Positions 39,953-52,376 of a stretch of 64,000 nt of DNA are shown one piece after another. Under the pieces are notes generated by a model, which searched no databases, was not told the DNA's origin, and worked only from the letters and a program-made list of their open reading frames with translations. Both the position numbers and the translations under genes were made by a program. Each line of letters opens with the position of its first letter. Position 1 is the stretch's first letter. Origin of the DNA: Takakia lepidozioides (lineage: Eukaryota; Plantae; Bryophyta); the NCBI GenBank assembly GCA_030704615.1, contig CM060734.1:41044001-41108000 (forward strand). The letters are read 5' to 3'.

Positions 39953-41548
39953 TGGGTTGCAAATACCCATGGCAGATGTGGGATGAGATGTGCAAAGAGA
40001 GAGTCATTGGATCTCTCAAGTAGCAGTATGAAGAGTGGAGAGAGCCATGGACTGAGGATCAGTTGGAGGCCAAGATGGCCAAGGTTTTTGAAGAGGTTGA
40101 GAATGTTTCTTGTTCAGAGGATGTTCTCAAGGTGGCTATGGCGGAGCAAATGGAAACTACGCCACAGTCAGATTGGGCGGACAAGGCCCAAGAGGTTGCT
40201 ATCTAGCAACTAAAGGATTCGTCTCCTACCTCCAAGCCTGGTGTACCCAAGGTTGTAGTCACTGAGGACAATTGGGAACCAGATGTTGGACCTACAGTCA
40301 CCGGAGGAGAGACGGAGGATCCAGCGATTTCTAAGGGCTTATAGAAATTGCTTTGCCTTCAGTTTGAAGGATTTAGGGAGTTTGAATGGTCAAGAGATTC
40401 GTATTGATTTGACAAGTGACACGCCAATCTTTCGAAGGCCTTACCGGTATAGTGACATGGAGAGGTCATTGATCCTGTCACGGACTATAGAGTTGTTCGA
40501 AGCTGGATTGGTGGAGTTGTCAGGCGAGGAGTATGCCTCGGCAACGGTGATGTAAGCTAAGAATGATATCTATGGCAATTAGACAGAAAGAAGGATGTAT
40601 GGGGACTATCGTCCTGTGAACCGTCAGAGTAAGTCCGATAGATATGTCATGCCAACTCCAGAGGAGATCTTTGATGTTATTGGGCATGCAAAGGTGTTTA
40701 GCACATTGGACTTACGATCCGGTTACCACCAGTTGCCAATCAAAGAGGCTGACAAGCAAAAGACGACATTCTGGGGGATTGACCAATAAGGGAAGGATTG
40801 TTTGTACCAATGGCGGTTCTTACCGTTTAGGTTGAAGAATGTTCCTGCACCCATCCGCACCCCACAGTGGAATATGCACAGGCACATGAGGAAGCACATC
40901 AGCCTTGTATGCCAATTGTTTATCCTCATCAAGTGATGGCCTATCATTTGCATGACTATTGCCCTTCAAGAGCTCACAACCCCAAGCCACCACCCCTGAA
41001 AACGCAGCCAATGTGGGCATCATGTTCCTATGATCCACCGCTACATCCCAATAAACCGCACTGGAGCAGTGCATGTCGGCCATCTCCTGACTGCCATTCC
41101 GGCCTGTAGGATGTCGTTTCCTCCCAAAAGTCCAAAGTAAATCCCATGGGGTATAACACCGCCCCACCAACAAGCACATCATAAGACATCGCGTCCGTAA
41201 CAATGACTTTAGCTCTCATGACTGAGCCGTCCGTAGGATGATCCGGCTGCAATCGAATGAAGAGCTCATGGCGTTTAATCCCTCGCGTCTTCTCTAAACC
41301 ACCCAAAGATGTTTGAATTTGGAAAGGGCAAGGCTCCAAATCCGCCTCTATAAGGCCCAAGCCTGCAATTGCTGCTCTCTCTAACATCAATGGTTGTGCT
41401 CTCGAGTCCAACAAGACCTGTAGTGGCCTATACCTCCTCTCGGCTAGGCCACCCAACTGAAACACATCATCCTGATTGTCCACCAGGACTACCCCAGGAG
41501 TCACCATACTACGCTCAATGGCTGGTCTAGCTGGCAACTCCTGCAACC

Positions 41549-44500
41549 TGTCAAGGACGAGAACATGACTGAACACAAACAAGAGATCAGACTAGAGGTA
41601 GAAGACTAGACACGAAGTCAAGGTCGGCGTGGGCGTATGCACGATGAGTAAATAGGAATCAAGACGATCTTTATAATAATGAACAAGAGTACAAGATATT
41701 GGAACACGACTTGAATACTGGAATGCTGGAAACTGGACTGAAGTACCAGATACTGGAAATTGGGCTAGAATACTGGGAACTGGAAACAAGAGTAGCTTGA
41801 ACTGGTATTGACGAGACTGAAGAGTGTCCAGTCTCGCCTCCTATATATACTGGCTACTAAGAAGCTTCCCTAAGAAGCTTCCCCTATGGAGGTTGCTTGC
41901 TGGAGAAGTTTCCAAGATTAAACAAATGTTTCTTGATGGAGAAGCTTCCTTAAACAAATGAGGTATCTTGATGGAGAAGTTTCCTCCAAAGGAAGCTTCC
42001 TGAGTAGTTTCCCAAGTTACTCTTGGTAATTTGGTAAACTCCCGATAATTTGGTAAGTAATGGTAAATCATGATAGATCATGGTAAATCATGGTAACTTG
42101 GTAACTTCTGGTATTTACTCCTGGTAAATTCCTCTGGGCTATGTCTGTGACATCATCCCCTCCTCTAGCGCCGAGTTCCTCGAGGAGCGGTAAAATCTTA
42201 GACTTGCTTAGAGTTGGGGAAAATCCAAAATCCGACGAATGGTACTTGCCAAGTATTCGGCTCTTCGTTCTTGACTCAAATGATTTATAGGTCCCTTCAA
42301 CCATCAATAGTGTCCAACACTTTGAACTTGGGACCACGCAGTGATTTGAGCATTCTGATTTTCGAAACTGCCTTCAAACATAATTTCGTTGCCCTCTGGG
42401 TCCGAAGCCTCAATCTCCAACAGAATTATCAGACTTCGAGTAGGCTCCACTTGCCGTCGTACGGAGTCCAGATGAGGAAGTACGCGTCGCATTGGTGGCC
42501 CGTCGTCTCGAGAGCGTCGGCGTGATATTGAAGGTCGTGAGAGTCGGAACGGCTGATCTGGTAGCCGGGTAAGCGACAACTCCAATGTATCTGGGACCTG
42601 CGACTCCATACTGTCAATACAAGATGCAAGAGTGCTGGAAGTGTAGCTATATATACTGATGTGTGGTGCTCCTCCCTCCTTAGCGTGTATAAGGTACATT
42701 AATGCGGAGTCTTCAGCTTGAAGCTAATTTGGCTGACATCATCGTTGTGACGTCTTATTGACGTGTAGCTCGGGGCTTAGCTGGATATCATTGATGAAAC
42801 TCTTGGACTTTGTCAGATGCATTGGCGAGGTTGGATGAAGGTTCCCATGTTTGTTCGCTGATGTCGTAGTCTTTCCAATGTACGAAATACTCAAGACGTT
42901 TATACTTGATGCGAGAGTCTAGGACTTCGTCGACTTCATACTCAATTTCTTGATTGACTTCGATTGGTGGAGGTGGTACGGAAACTCTCTCTGGAATATT
43001 CGATGGATAATACAACTCCAATAATGAAACACGAAAGACTGGATGGATGCGCATACTTCGTGGGAGTTCAAGCCGAAAACTGACCGGATTTATTTGTCGA
43101 ATAATTTTGAATGGGCCCAGGCCTTGATAATCCAACTTCCTTGATGGTCGCGAGGTTTGTATGTCCCGTCGAAGAAGCCACACACGATCTCCGACCTTGA
43201 ACTGGGGTTGGAGTTGGCGACGGTGATCTGCATACTCCTTGTATTGTTTTTGAGCTTCTGCGAGGTGGAATGTAAGCTCATTGTGAATCGTAGCAAGGTT
43301 TTCTGCAGCAGGGCTTCCAACAGTCTTCATGTGGAAAGGGTTTGCTCGAGGATGATGACCATAATTGGAGAAAAATGGAGTTTGTTGGGTCGAAGAATGT
43401 ATAGTGTTGTTGTAGGCAAACTCAGCCAATGACAGAAGGTCCGTCCAATTATCTTGGTGATAATTTATCGTACAGCGAAGATATTGCTCCAAAATCTGGT
43501 TTACACGTTCGGTTTGACCATTAGTCTGTGGATGTTTAGCTGTAGAAAGGTTGATCTTAGTATCCAATATGTGAAATAATCCCCTCCAGAAATTTGATAT
43601 GAACAGTGGTCATCGATCAGATACGATGTCATTCGGGAGTCCATGAATGCGGTAGATATTATTGAAGAAGAGTCTTGCAGTTTCCTCGCCGGTAATTGTC
43701 TTATTACATGAAATGAAATGTGCCATCTTCGTAAAACGATCTACAATAACAAGGATTGAATCAGTGGTCTTGGAGATTGGAAGGTCCGTAATAAAGTCCA
43801 TAGACACAGATGACCATGGACCATTGGGAATGGGTAATGGTTGAAGAAGGCCGTAAGGTCGATGTTGTGGTCCCTTCGCTCTAGCACACGTGTCGCAAGA
43901 TTTTATAAATTCTTTCACGAGTTTCCACATTTGCGGCCACCAATAGTCCCTAGATATCAATTCCATTATTTTGTTGAAGCCGAAATGTCCTGCAGCCGGA
44001 AGATCATGACATGTTTGAAGAATTCGAAGTCGTGTGTAGGTCCTGGAGGTACATAGAGAAGTCCCTTGAAATAAAGTAAGTCATCTTTGAACTCGAAGTC
44101 GTTTGTAACATGTGGGTTGTCTCGAGGTCGATTTAGTTGACTTCGTAGTGTTATAGCGAATTGGTCGCTCTTCAGTACTTCCTGAATCTCCTTTATGATC
44201 TCGGCATCGTCATAGGTGGACATGGATAGCATATTCAATTGGAGATTTGCTGGTTTCAAGATAATAGATTTCTGTTCGTCAAAAGCTGTATCCCCTTCTT
44301 TTGGCGCAAGATACGATCGTCGAGAAAGAGCATCTGATTTTCCTTGAAGATGTCCGGGACGGTAGGTAATAACAAAATCAAATCTTGCTAGTGACATATT
44401 CCATCTCGCTTGACGTCGATTCAAAACACGAGCACTCATAAAATATTCGAGGTTTTTGTGATCGGTATAGACATTGACCTGATGTTTAGCTCCTTCTAAT

Positions 44501-44947
44501 AGATGACGCCACTCCTCAAAAGCATCGATAATCGCTAGAAGTTCTTTGTCATGGATTTCATAATTGATCTCCACATCGGAAAATTTACGAGAACGAAAAT
44601 CAACAGGGTGGAGTCGGCCATTTGTACCGTATTGTGAGAGTACCGCGTCAAGTGCAAAGTCCGATGCATCTGCTTCTAAGAATAATGGTTTAGATGGGTC
44701 TGCATGTACCAGTATTGGAGCCATTGTAAACGCCTGCTTCAGCCTTTCAAATGTTTGGTCAGCCTTCTCGTCCCATACAAATTTGTCCTTCCATGTGAGT
44801 CGTGTCAATGGTGCAGCAATTTTGGAGTAGTCATTGATGAAGATTCTATAGAAATATGCAAAACCCAGAAAACATTGTACATCTCGGACCGAAGTTGGTT
44901 TAATCCACTCGATGATGGTTTGTATTTTCTTCTGATCCATAAAGACG
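41549..44947 (-). mobile_element. Chromovirus (Tcn1-like Ty3/Gypsy), 3' half with 3' LTR, nested in the DNMT-Gypsy
   Basis: RT-connection/RNase H (EADASDFA, YEIHDKELLAI), integrase (SMDFITDLP, IVSDR, GQTERVNQILEQYLR), chromodomain EYEVDEVLDSRIKYKRLEYFVHWKDYDISEQTWEPSSNL; PPT AGAGGAGGGGATGA; LTR TGTCACAG...CCTTGACA 42152-41549. 5' half absent. Confidence 0.93.
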
Positions 44948-46369
44948 CATTTGTCGGCTCCGTAATTTCTCCGTCCTTATCCCCTGGTAGTTTCTCCTCA
45001 ACTTCTCGAAGAACTCCACAACTGGGTTAAAGGCAGGCACGGGTGCTGGTGCTGCAGCAGGAGCTTGAGTGGATTTCCCAGCTCCATCTTTACTTGTCCC
45101 ACTACTAGTGCTTGCAGTTGGGGATGTTGGTGTAGCTGCTAGTGTCGCCGCTGCCCTTGTGCCTCTAGTGATGGAGACATAGTCAGGTGACCAATATTGT
45201 CGTCACTCCTCAATCTCCACCTTATTTCCCCGCCTAAATTCATGGTAGTCATCCATAGGCGGCCCCTCAAGGTGCTGAAACAACCCCTTCCATGCCATAA
45301 ATGACGTAAACAGTTGCGGATTGCGCATCTGCTGCAAATCACACCAACTATCAAACTCCTGTATGAAATCATCAAGCTCGATGGTGCCCACAGCTCCCGC
45401 GTACCGATGTGGCTGGTAGCTCCATACATTTCCTCCATCGTCCCACAACAATGGCACGAAAATGGCTTGCACCCTCGGCGAGAATCCTCCTAACTCTGAG
45501 TCTGAACCTTTATCAGAAGACACTAAAGGTGAAGGTGGCCTAAACCGTTCACCTCGTCTTGTATACCCACTAGTATCGTTGGTGCTCGTACCGGCACTCG
45601 CCTCAGCAATTGGTGGCACCTCCGTGATGAAAACTCACACTAAAACCGGCTATCAACTTGTCTCTAATCCCCTTTTCCACAAGGTAAACCGGGTAGAGAA
45701 CTTGTTGCGGCTTATGGTTTGGAATACTAGGTTCCTAACCTAAACCTACACTTGCACCTACATCCACCGCATGCACTCCTATGGTCTGCTGGTCATCAAC
45801 CTAGCCTCGCCATAGGAGAAACAATGATGGTCTGTGTCATCACCCCAGCCTCACCACCGACAGCACGCTCTAGGGTTGGCCGGCCACAATATTTCTGGCA
45901 CACCACCTATAAAAGCAAGCGCCCAAACCAAACTAGCATGGCGCACAGTCAAGCATGCATGTGTGGGAGGAGGATCCAAATATAGGAAACTCAAACAACA
46001 ACACCTCCCACACTTAAATCAATCGATCTCCTTGCGGCTCCAATAAACCTGCAAGATGGCCAAGCCTCTATCCAAACTAGCTCTACCTCCGCTTACGGGA
46101 AAGCTTTGGCCTACAAGAATGATGGAAGACTATAGAGAAGAGAAGTTGAAGCAATCTCTAAGCCCAGAATGCTCTCATCCCATTACTCCCCCATCTTCAC
46201 ACTCACTCTTGCTAGAGCAATAAACAAGACTATCCTTAAAAAACCTCTCAAATAACTCTCAAGAGCCCTCAAATTATTGCCATGAACTACTGAAATCTGC
46301 CCTCAATCAGCCCCTCACATAGACCAACCAAGGTTCAAGAAGTTCGCAAACTTGGACTCCAAACAATCC

Positions 46370-46640
46370 ACCAAAAGGCCCTAGGCGCCCGCCAATTAGT
46401 GGCCTCCAAGGTCTCCGACCAGCCCTCACAATGGCTCCACAAGTCTGCCCAATATGGCCTCCAATGACCTCCAATAGTCCTCCAAACAGCCCTTAAGAAG
46501 CTCCACAAATCTGCCAAGTATTGGCTCCAAGGACCTCCAACAGTCCTCCAACCAGCCCTCACAAGGCTCCACAGGCCTGCGAAACATTGGCCTCAAAGGA
46601 CCCCAAATAGTCCTCAAACAAGCCCCCCGAAGACTCCAAA
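46370..46640. repeat. Minisatellite, ~66-bp unit x ~4
   Basis: CTCCAAGGACCTCCAACAGTCCTCCAACCAGCCCTCACAAGGCTCCACA... recurring at ~46404, 46459, 46525 and 46592. Confidence 0.8.
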
Positions 46641-46659
46641 AATATCCACAGTCAGTCGA

Positions 46660-46965
46660 TTTTTCATCCGTCATTGACCGAATTTCATCCAAAACCGCTG
46701 ATTTCTCATCCGCAAGTCCGATATTATCCGCCACGATAGTTCATCCGTCGGTGCGATATTTCATCCGCTGGCGCAGTTTCATCCGTCGCTGCGATTTTTC
46801 ATCCGATGGCACGATAGTTCATCTGCTGCCACGATTTCATCCGTCGCTGCAATTTCTTATCCGATAGCGCGATAGTTCATCCGCTGGCACAGTTTCATCC
46901 ACTGCGACCAATTCTCATCCAGGAGCGCCGATTTTCATCCATTGGCTCAATAGTTCATCCGATGG
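46660..46965. repeat. Minisatellite built on TTCATCCG, ~18-21-bp period, about 15 copies
   Basis: TTCATCCG(T/C/A) recurs throughout, e.g. GATAGTTCATCCGTCGGTGC / GATATTTCATCCGCTGGCGC / AGTTTCATCCGTCGCTGC. Confidence 0.85.
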
Positions 46966-48189
46966 ATCAATGGTGGTGCTCCCAACTCTAGGACAATGTT
47001 CCCACATGTTCCCAAGAGTTCCCAAAGTTTCTCACGCGTTCTCTCGAGTTCCCACGCGTTCCCAAGCTAGGGTTTGCGCCGCTTTGCCTCTGCGATTGCT
47101 GCAACGAGATATGGCTTCTATGGAGCAACCAGAGGTGTTGTTCTTGGTTTCTTGAGCATCAATAGACCACCAAGAGTGCCTCTAATTCCTTGAGCCAGCT
47201 ATTTGCCACAGAACAAGCTCCATTTCTCTATGGAACTTATTGAAACAACCATAGAGTAAGCTATTGAGCTTTCTATGGTATGTAGCCATCTCATGCACTC
47301 ATAGTGCTTCCTTCTATGGCCATAGTGCACCTCTTAGAGCTCCTAATCCAGCCCTGCACTTGCCACTTTTATAGACATGCTCTTCCCAAGCTTAGGATTG
47401 AAACCCCAACTCAAAGCATGCTCAAATACACTATTCTGCCCCAAAGAGAAATTAGATGTCTACCTCCACTCATAGCTTTCCTAAGCTTGAAGTTGAAGAC
47501 TCCCACAAGCTGAAACCATGCTCCACACATGCACCGCTTGCTCCCTCAACACCCGAGCTCTTCTTGAACTCCTCAAACCCTGCAACACTTACAGAACAAG
47601 AGCTTCTTCACAAGCTCTCAAACTTTTCAATGGGGCTCTCCTTGAAGACCTCCTCTTGTACATAAACACCACAAGGCTTTCATCTTGCAAACCTTGCAAC
47701 ATCTTGTAACTTAGAGCTATCTACCAAGCTCTCCTCCACACAAGTGCTAACTATGCTAACACCTTGCACTCATCGATGTAAACTCGTCTTCTTCTAGTGA
47801 TACGGAAATGGTGAAAAGAGGAGAAACCACTCTATCACGTTATATATATCAAGCCAATGGCACCTTTGCTAAATGACTCCACCATATAGACCTCATCCAC
47901 TCTCCATATCAAGTACTAGAGCTATGGCGGCGAGAGAGGCCTCGGGAGGCTCGACTAGAAGAAGACGAGCCTGCCTACGTCTCACGTGGAGATAACCTCT
48001 TCACGTCCCAAGTGAGGTTCGCCACCTCACTTGGCACATGGAACCAAATGAAGTCCCAACGCCAACAAAATACAAATATAAATGTATAATGTCCTAATTA
48101 GTTAGAAATAACTATTTTTAATTAATCACAAACAAAACCATGACATGTTAGCTGGCAGCCCTGTTAAGGCTTGCGGATAGGTTCTATTT

Positions 48190-48535
48190 CTCGGGATGAG
48201 AGTAGCCGGGAGGTTTTTTGGGCCAAATTTTGACCTCGTTTCGCTGTATCTTTGTACCGTTGTCAATACGCGGCCCTAATCAACTTGACAGATTGTATTG
48301 CCCCAAGGCCTTTATGTCTTGATTGATGAAGTCGATCTGGAGAAGATACGTGAACGAATGTCCTTTTAGGGAAATGATGAATAATAAACCTACCGAGACG
48401 AAAGCCAAACGTGTTTCCGTAGGTGGACGTATTGAACCAAAATAATCTCTAAAATTTACATCTTGATACAACAGTTTTCCATAGTAATAATCACTAAACC
48501 GACTTGAATCTGAACTACGATTCAGATTTAGTATA
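48190..48535 (-). pseudogene. rps3: Nuclear insertion of mitochondrial rps3 5' region (NUMT)
   Basis: [38 protein letters not shown], a frameshift, then [66 protein letters not shown], matching moss/liverwort-type mitochondrial Rps3. Confidence 0.92.
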
Positions 48536-48634
48536 ACTATTTGCTTTATGGCCCATTGGGAATTATTCATTTCAAGTATCAACAAATTTTGAGGGCTACC
48601 AACCCCTCTTTAAAATTTATATAAAAAAAAAACT

Positions 48635-49440
48635 ATGAAACTGCCTCAATTCACGAGAATGGTGAGAAATCCTCTCTTGGATGAAATCACAGACCCCCGG
48701 AGTGTGGATACAGACAATGTTGCGTTTGACATCCATAGGGACAGTGACATCCCAAGGATCGTGGTTCCTATGCCTGATTCGGTCAAGCTGCTGGAGGCTA
48801 TCGAACTTCCTACGCTGGATAAATCCTTTGTGTCAGTGGCTATTAAGGAAAAATTCCTATCGGTGATTTGTCATTTCTGTCACACGGAAGGGCACGTCTA
48901 GGCGGATTGTCCGGATTTGCTGGAACCAAACCGCACCCACCCGGCTGGACAATGAGGCGGCAAACCCCAGGTTTCACAAACATGTGTGCCTGGGCTTTGG
49001 GCAGCTCCACAGCTGCGTGTCTCTTGACCACAGGAGTAGAAAAATAAAGTTTCTCAAAGTACCATTTATTCTTCCCCTGTCCTGCATATTGCAAAATCCA
49101 AGGCAGTACTATGGTCTCCATAGCTTCCAGTCTTTTGCAGAAGTTCAGTTTTGAGGATCGGAAGCGCTGGCATTCTCCCTGAGGCACTTTGTCTTTCTGG
49201 ATGCTGTAAAGTTGCTTTTGGGCTGCTTGTGGAGGGCCCCTCTCTCTTTCTTGTTTATTTCTTTCTCTTGTCGCATTAGTTCTTTGAGCTCTCCACGGAC
49301 GTTATAGAGTACCCTTTCATTTCTCTTGTGAATGTTATGAAGTTCCTTCCATTCTTTTGTCTTGTCTACTTTTCTTGCTCCATGCCCCTTTATTTGAGGG
49401 ACCCTTCGTTGACGGTAATGGGCCTCATTCTACCCACCTA
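48635..49440 (+). mobile_element. Deleted LINE: ORF1 zinc-knuckle fragment joined to a probable 3' end
   Basis: PRIVVPMPDSVKLLEAIELPTLDKSFVSVAIKEKFLSVICHFCHTEGHV*ADCP (CCHC), followed by a T-rich 3'UTR-like tract. Confidence 0.6.
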
Positions 49441-49510
49441 ACAGTCAAACGCAAAGAAAATATGGTGATAGAACACCAAGCAAGAAGACAGAAGGGTTTG
49501 CGGAAGGTAC

Positions 49511-50410
49511 CTTATAGTCTTGCATGAACTCATAGTGAAGCACTGTGTCGGGATCATCACTGGCAGCTTTCAAGAACTTATCAAGTCCCTGCCTAGGACC
49601 ATTGTCCACTGATCCCACCATAAATACATGTGACTTGCCAACCCACCATCACTAGATTTATTGCTAGTAAAATCATACTCGGAAATGAAATTACCATAAT
49701 CTTTTTTACATGGAAGGTTTGAGGCATTCTCTTTTGGCATGTACCTGTACCACGAGTTTATGAATCTACAGATGTTGTTATCTGTTGGGCCCTTCATGAG
49801 GTCAAGCAGAACACCTTGTCCTACATGTGAGTTACTATGACACTGTTTGGGCCAGGTGACTTAGGCTAGTGCAAGCCAGCCCAATGTGAACAACAGCTTT
49901 TACCCCCTGGAAGACAACCCTCCCATGTTGAGAGGCTTGGCCTAACGGCTTTCTTTGTTGCTGCTTTTTTACCTTAAGAATGCCCATATCCTAGGGCTGC
50001 CACTGCCAGAACCCTGAAAGCAATACCATCAAACAGGCCTATGGTGGTGGAGTATATCTTTTAGTGACATATCCCACATATATAACATGGTGTAACCTTT
50101 ACAGCATCTCTTATATTAGATATGGGGATGAAACAAACGATATGGCTCCTCGTTGTGGATAGTGGAATCTACTTTCATCCATACTAAACTTGAAATTTCA
50201 TCCATTTATTTTTCATAAGTTGTTCAATAACAAAAATATTACCAGAGGAAGGTGTTATCTGGAGAAGGCACACATGGAAGTAGTTTTGAGCAAAGGAGAG
50301 GAGGTGAAACCTGGGAAAGGCCTCACAACATGGACTTAGCAATTTTTGATTTTGATGCGTAGTCCTCCTAAAAGATGAGCCAATAAATAGCGATCAGGAT
50401 ATAGGCCCTA
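49511..50410 (-). pseudogene. Decayed multi-exon host gene fragment, product unidentified
   Basis: AG/GT-bounded exons 50168-50097, 50013-49973 (1 nt short), 49820-49745 and 49608-49511 give IPLSTTRSHIVCFIPISNIRDAVK-GSGSGSPRIWAFL(K)-DKVFCLTS*RAQQITTSVDS*TRGT-VDNGPRQGLDKFLKAASDDPDTVLHYEFMQDYK; possible upstream exon GLYPDRYLLAHLLGGLRIKIKNC*VHVV at ~50407-50323. Confidence 0.7.
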
Positions 50411-52376
50411 ACTAAGGGTGAAATCATCAATATATTCAGCAAGGTAGTTTCTTTTGTTTTGTCTTGTTTTATTTTTTTTGTATAAGTTGAGATCTCCCAA
50501 ACCGTAAGGCCTCCGTCCGGGTTGTTGATACCGCTGGAAAAAACCCCAGCTTCAATGCTTCAACTGAAAGTGTCTCTCATTTCATTGTCCCCTTTACAGA
50601 CTCTCAAGTTCCCAGATTTCCAGAAAATATGTCTCATGCAGAGCTTCATGTTGTAGATAAATTGGTCCAATCTCACCATCAGGACCTCTGATTATATCCT
50701 CGAGTAACTGAGTCCAATCCTGCTCATTGGAAGTTTTTGCAAATTCGGCCATGAAGTGCATCTCTCACAAACAAAGACCTCTAGTTACCAATAGTACTAT
50801 TTACCTCCTAAGAAGAGTCGAATTCGACCCTGCCCTCGAGAAGTTTATGCTTATGTTGAGGACTCGTCTGTCTCTCGGCTTGCTGTGCTTCTAAGTCAAA
50901 ATTAGTTTGCTAGCGCTCAAATGATCATGGGATAATCCCCAGTGCCCTGTTTGTATTGCTATGAGCTCTTCAAGTCTTGTCTCTTTGCTTAAAATTTCTC
51001 TCGCAACTCTGATGTAGGTATGTAATTCATGCTCCGGGTGCCAGCACAATAAGACCCCCTTTATTTATAAAAAAGAAAGCTAGTTGCAATTCAAGGGAAG
51101 ATAACAGGAAAAATGTAAAGAACTTCAGTTTTACGGTGAAAATATCTCAAATTTGTACCACCTGTCAATGGGATCCAGGGTATGTAGGCACGGTATGTAG
51201 ATGTCCGACCCAAGTTTGCTAAATTAGGGATAACTACAGAAATTTCCTTGAAAGTCGATTGGAACAAAAGCACTTAGGTATATTATTGAATAATGCAAAT
51301 AATTATGTTGCTCGTAACGTGGCATTTTCTTCAGTGTCCATTTCTAGAAAATAGGAGAGAAAAATCAAATATTCATGGTTTTTAGTTTATAAAATTCCTT
51401 TCCACCAAACGATGGGAAAAAAAAAAAAAAAATATTTAAAAAAAAATTGTTGTATACTGTATACCTAGTGGGATGCCCCCTGGCCCCATACCTTTTCCTC
51501 ATTGCAGCTGATGCCCTTGGCCATTACCTCAGTGCAAGGCAGGACATAGTGGGTCTCAAGCTCATTCACAGTTCATATGTTAAGCTGTCCATGTATGCAG
51601 ATGACACCACCCTGCTGCTGAACAACGAGAGTTCAGCCAATATAGTGAAAGTAAAGTGAGAGCCAGAGAAGCCCTTCAGCTATTTTGCTTAGCCTATAGT
51701 CTTAAGGTCAATTGGAATAAATCAGTAGGGTTATTGACTGAGCTGCCACCCAATGCTTCCAAGCATCATGGCCCCCAGTGGGGGCAGGATATTGGGCTCA
51801 AATGGCTCCAACCAGGCTTAGCTCATATTCTACTTGGATTTCCAGTGGGTATTGGTCTCACAGATGAGCAAAGATTCGAGCCAGTTCTCTCAAAGCTCCG
51901 CAATAAATTAGCCTTCTGGAGCTCAGCCATGCTCTCACTGGCTGGGAGAGTTCTTGTGTTTAATCAAGTCATGCTTGCATCAGTCTGGTATTTTGCCTCT
52001 GTCTTGTCTCCTGGAAGCAAATACATAAGCAGGATTAAGGCTCTGATGCGCAATTTTCTGTGGGGAGCCAATATCAAGCTCCCTCTAAGAGAACCATGGT
52101 CTCTTGGGATCAGCTCTCCAGACCCAAAAAAGAAGGGGGTATGGGATTAATTGACCCATCTACTCAGATAACAGACCTCCTAGCTAAATGGATTCCTAGG
52201 GCTCTAGTTCATGGCGACAGCCCCTAGTGTGCTTTGGTGCGTTCCCACATGGTGAGGACCTTTCGTACAAATTCGGGGGCTGGGCCACCTTCCTTGAAAT
52301 GGTTGCTTCATGGCCCACCAAAAACCAAGGGTAAGGGTTCTTCTACATGGAACCCATTTGGGCAGCTTGGATTGCG

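Noticed and set aside
49570-49797. ORF-track peptide resembling a hAT dimerisation domain (YLWWDQW)
   Set aside because: Better explained as an off-frame read through an intron of the multi-exon pseudogene.
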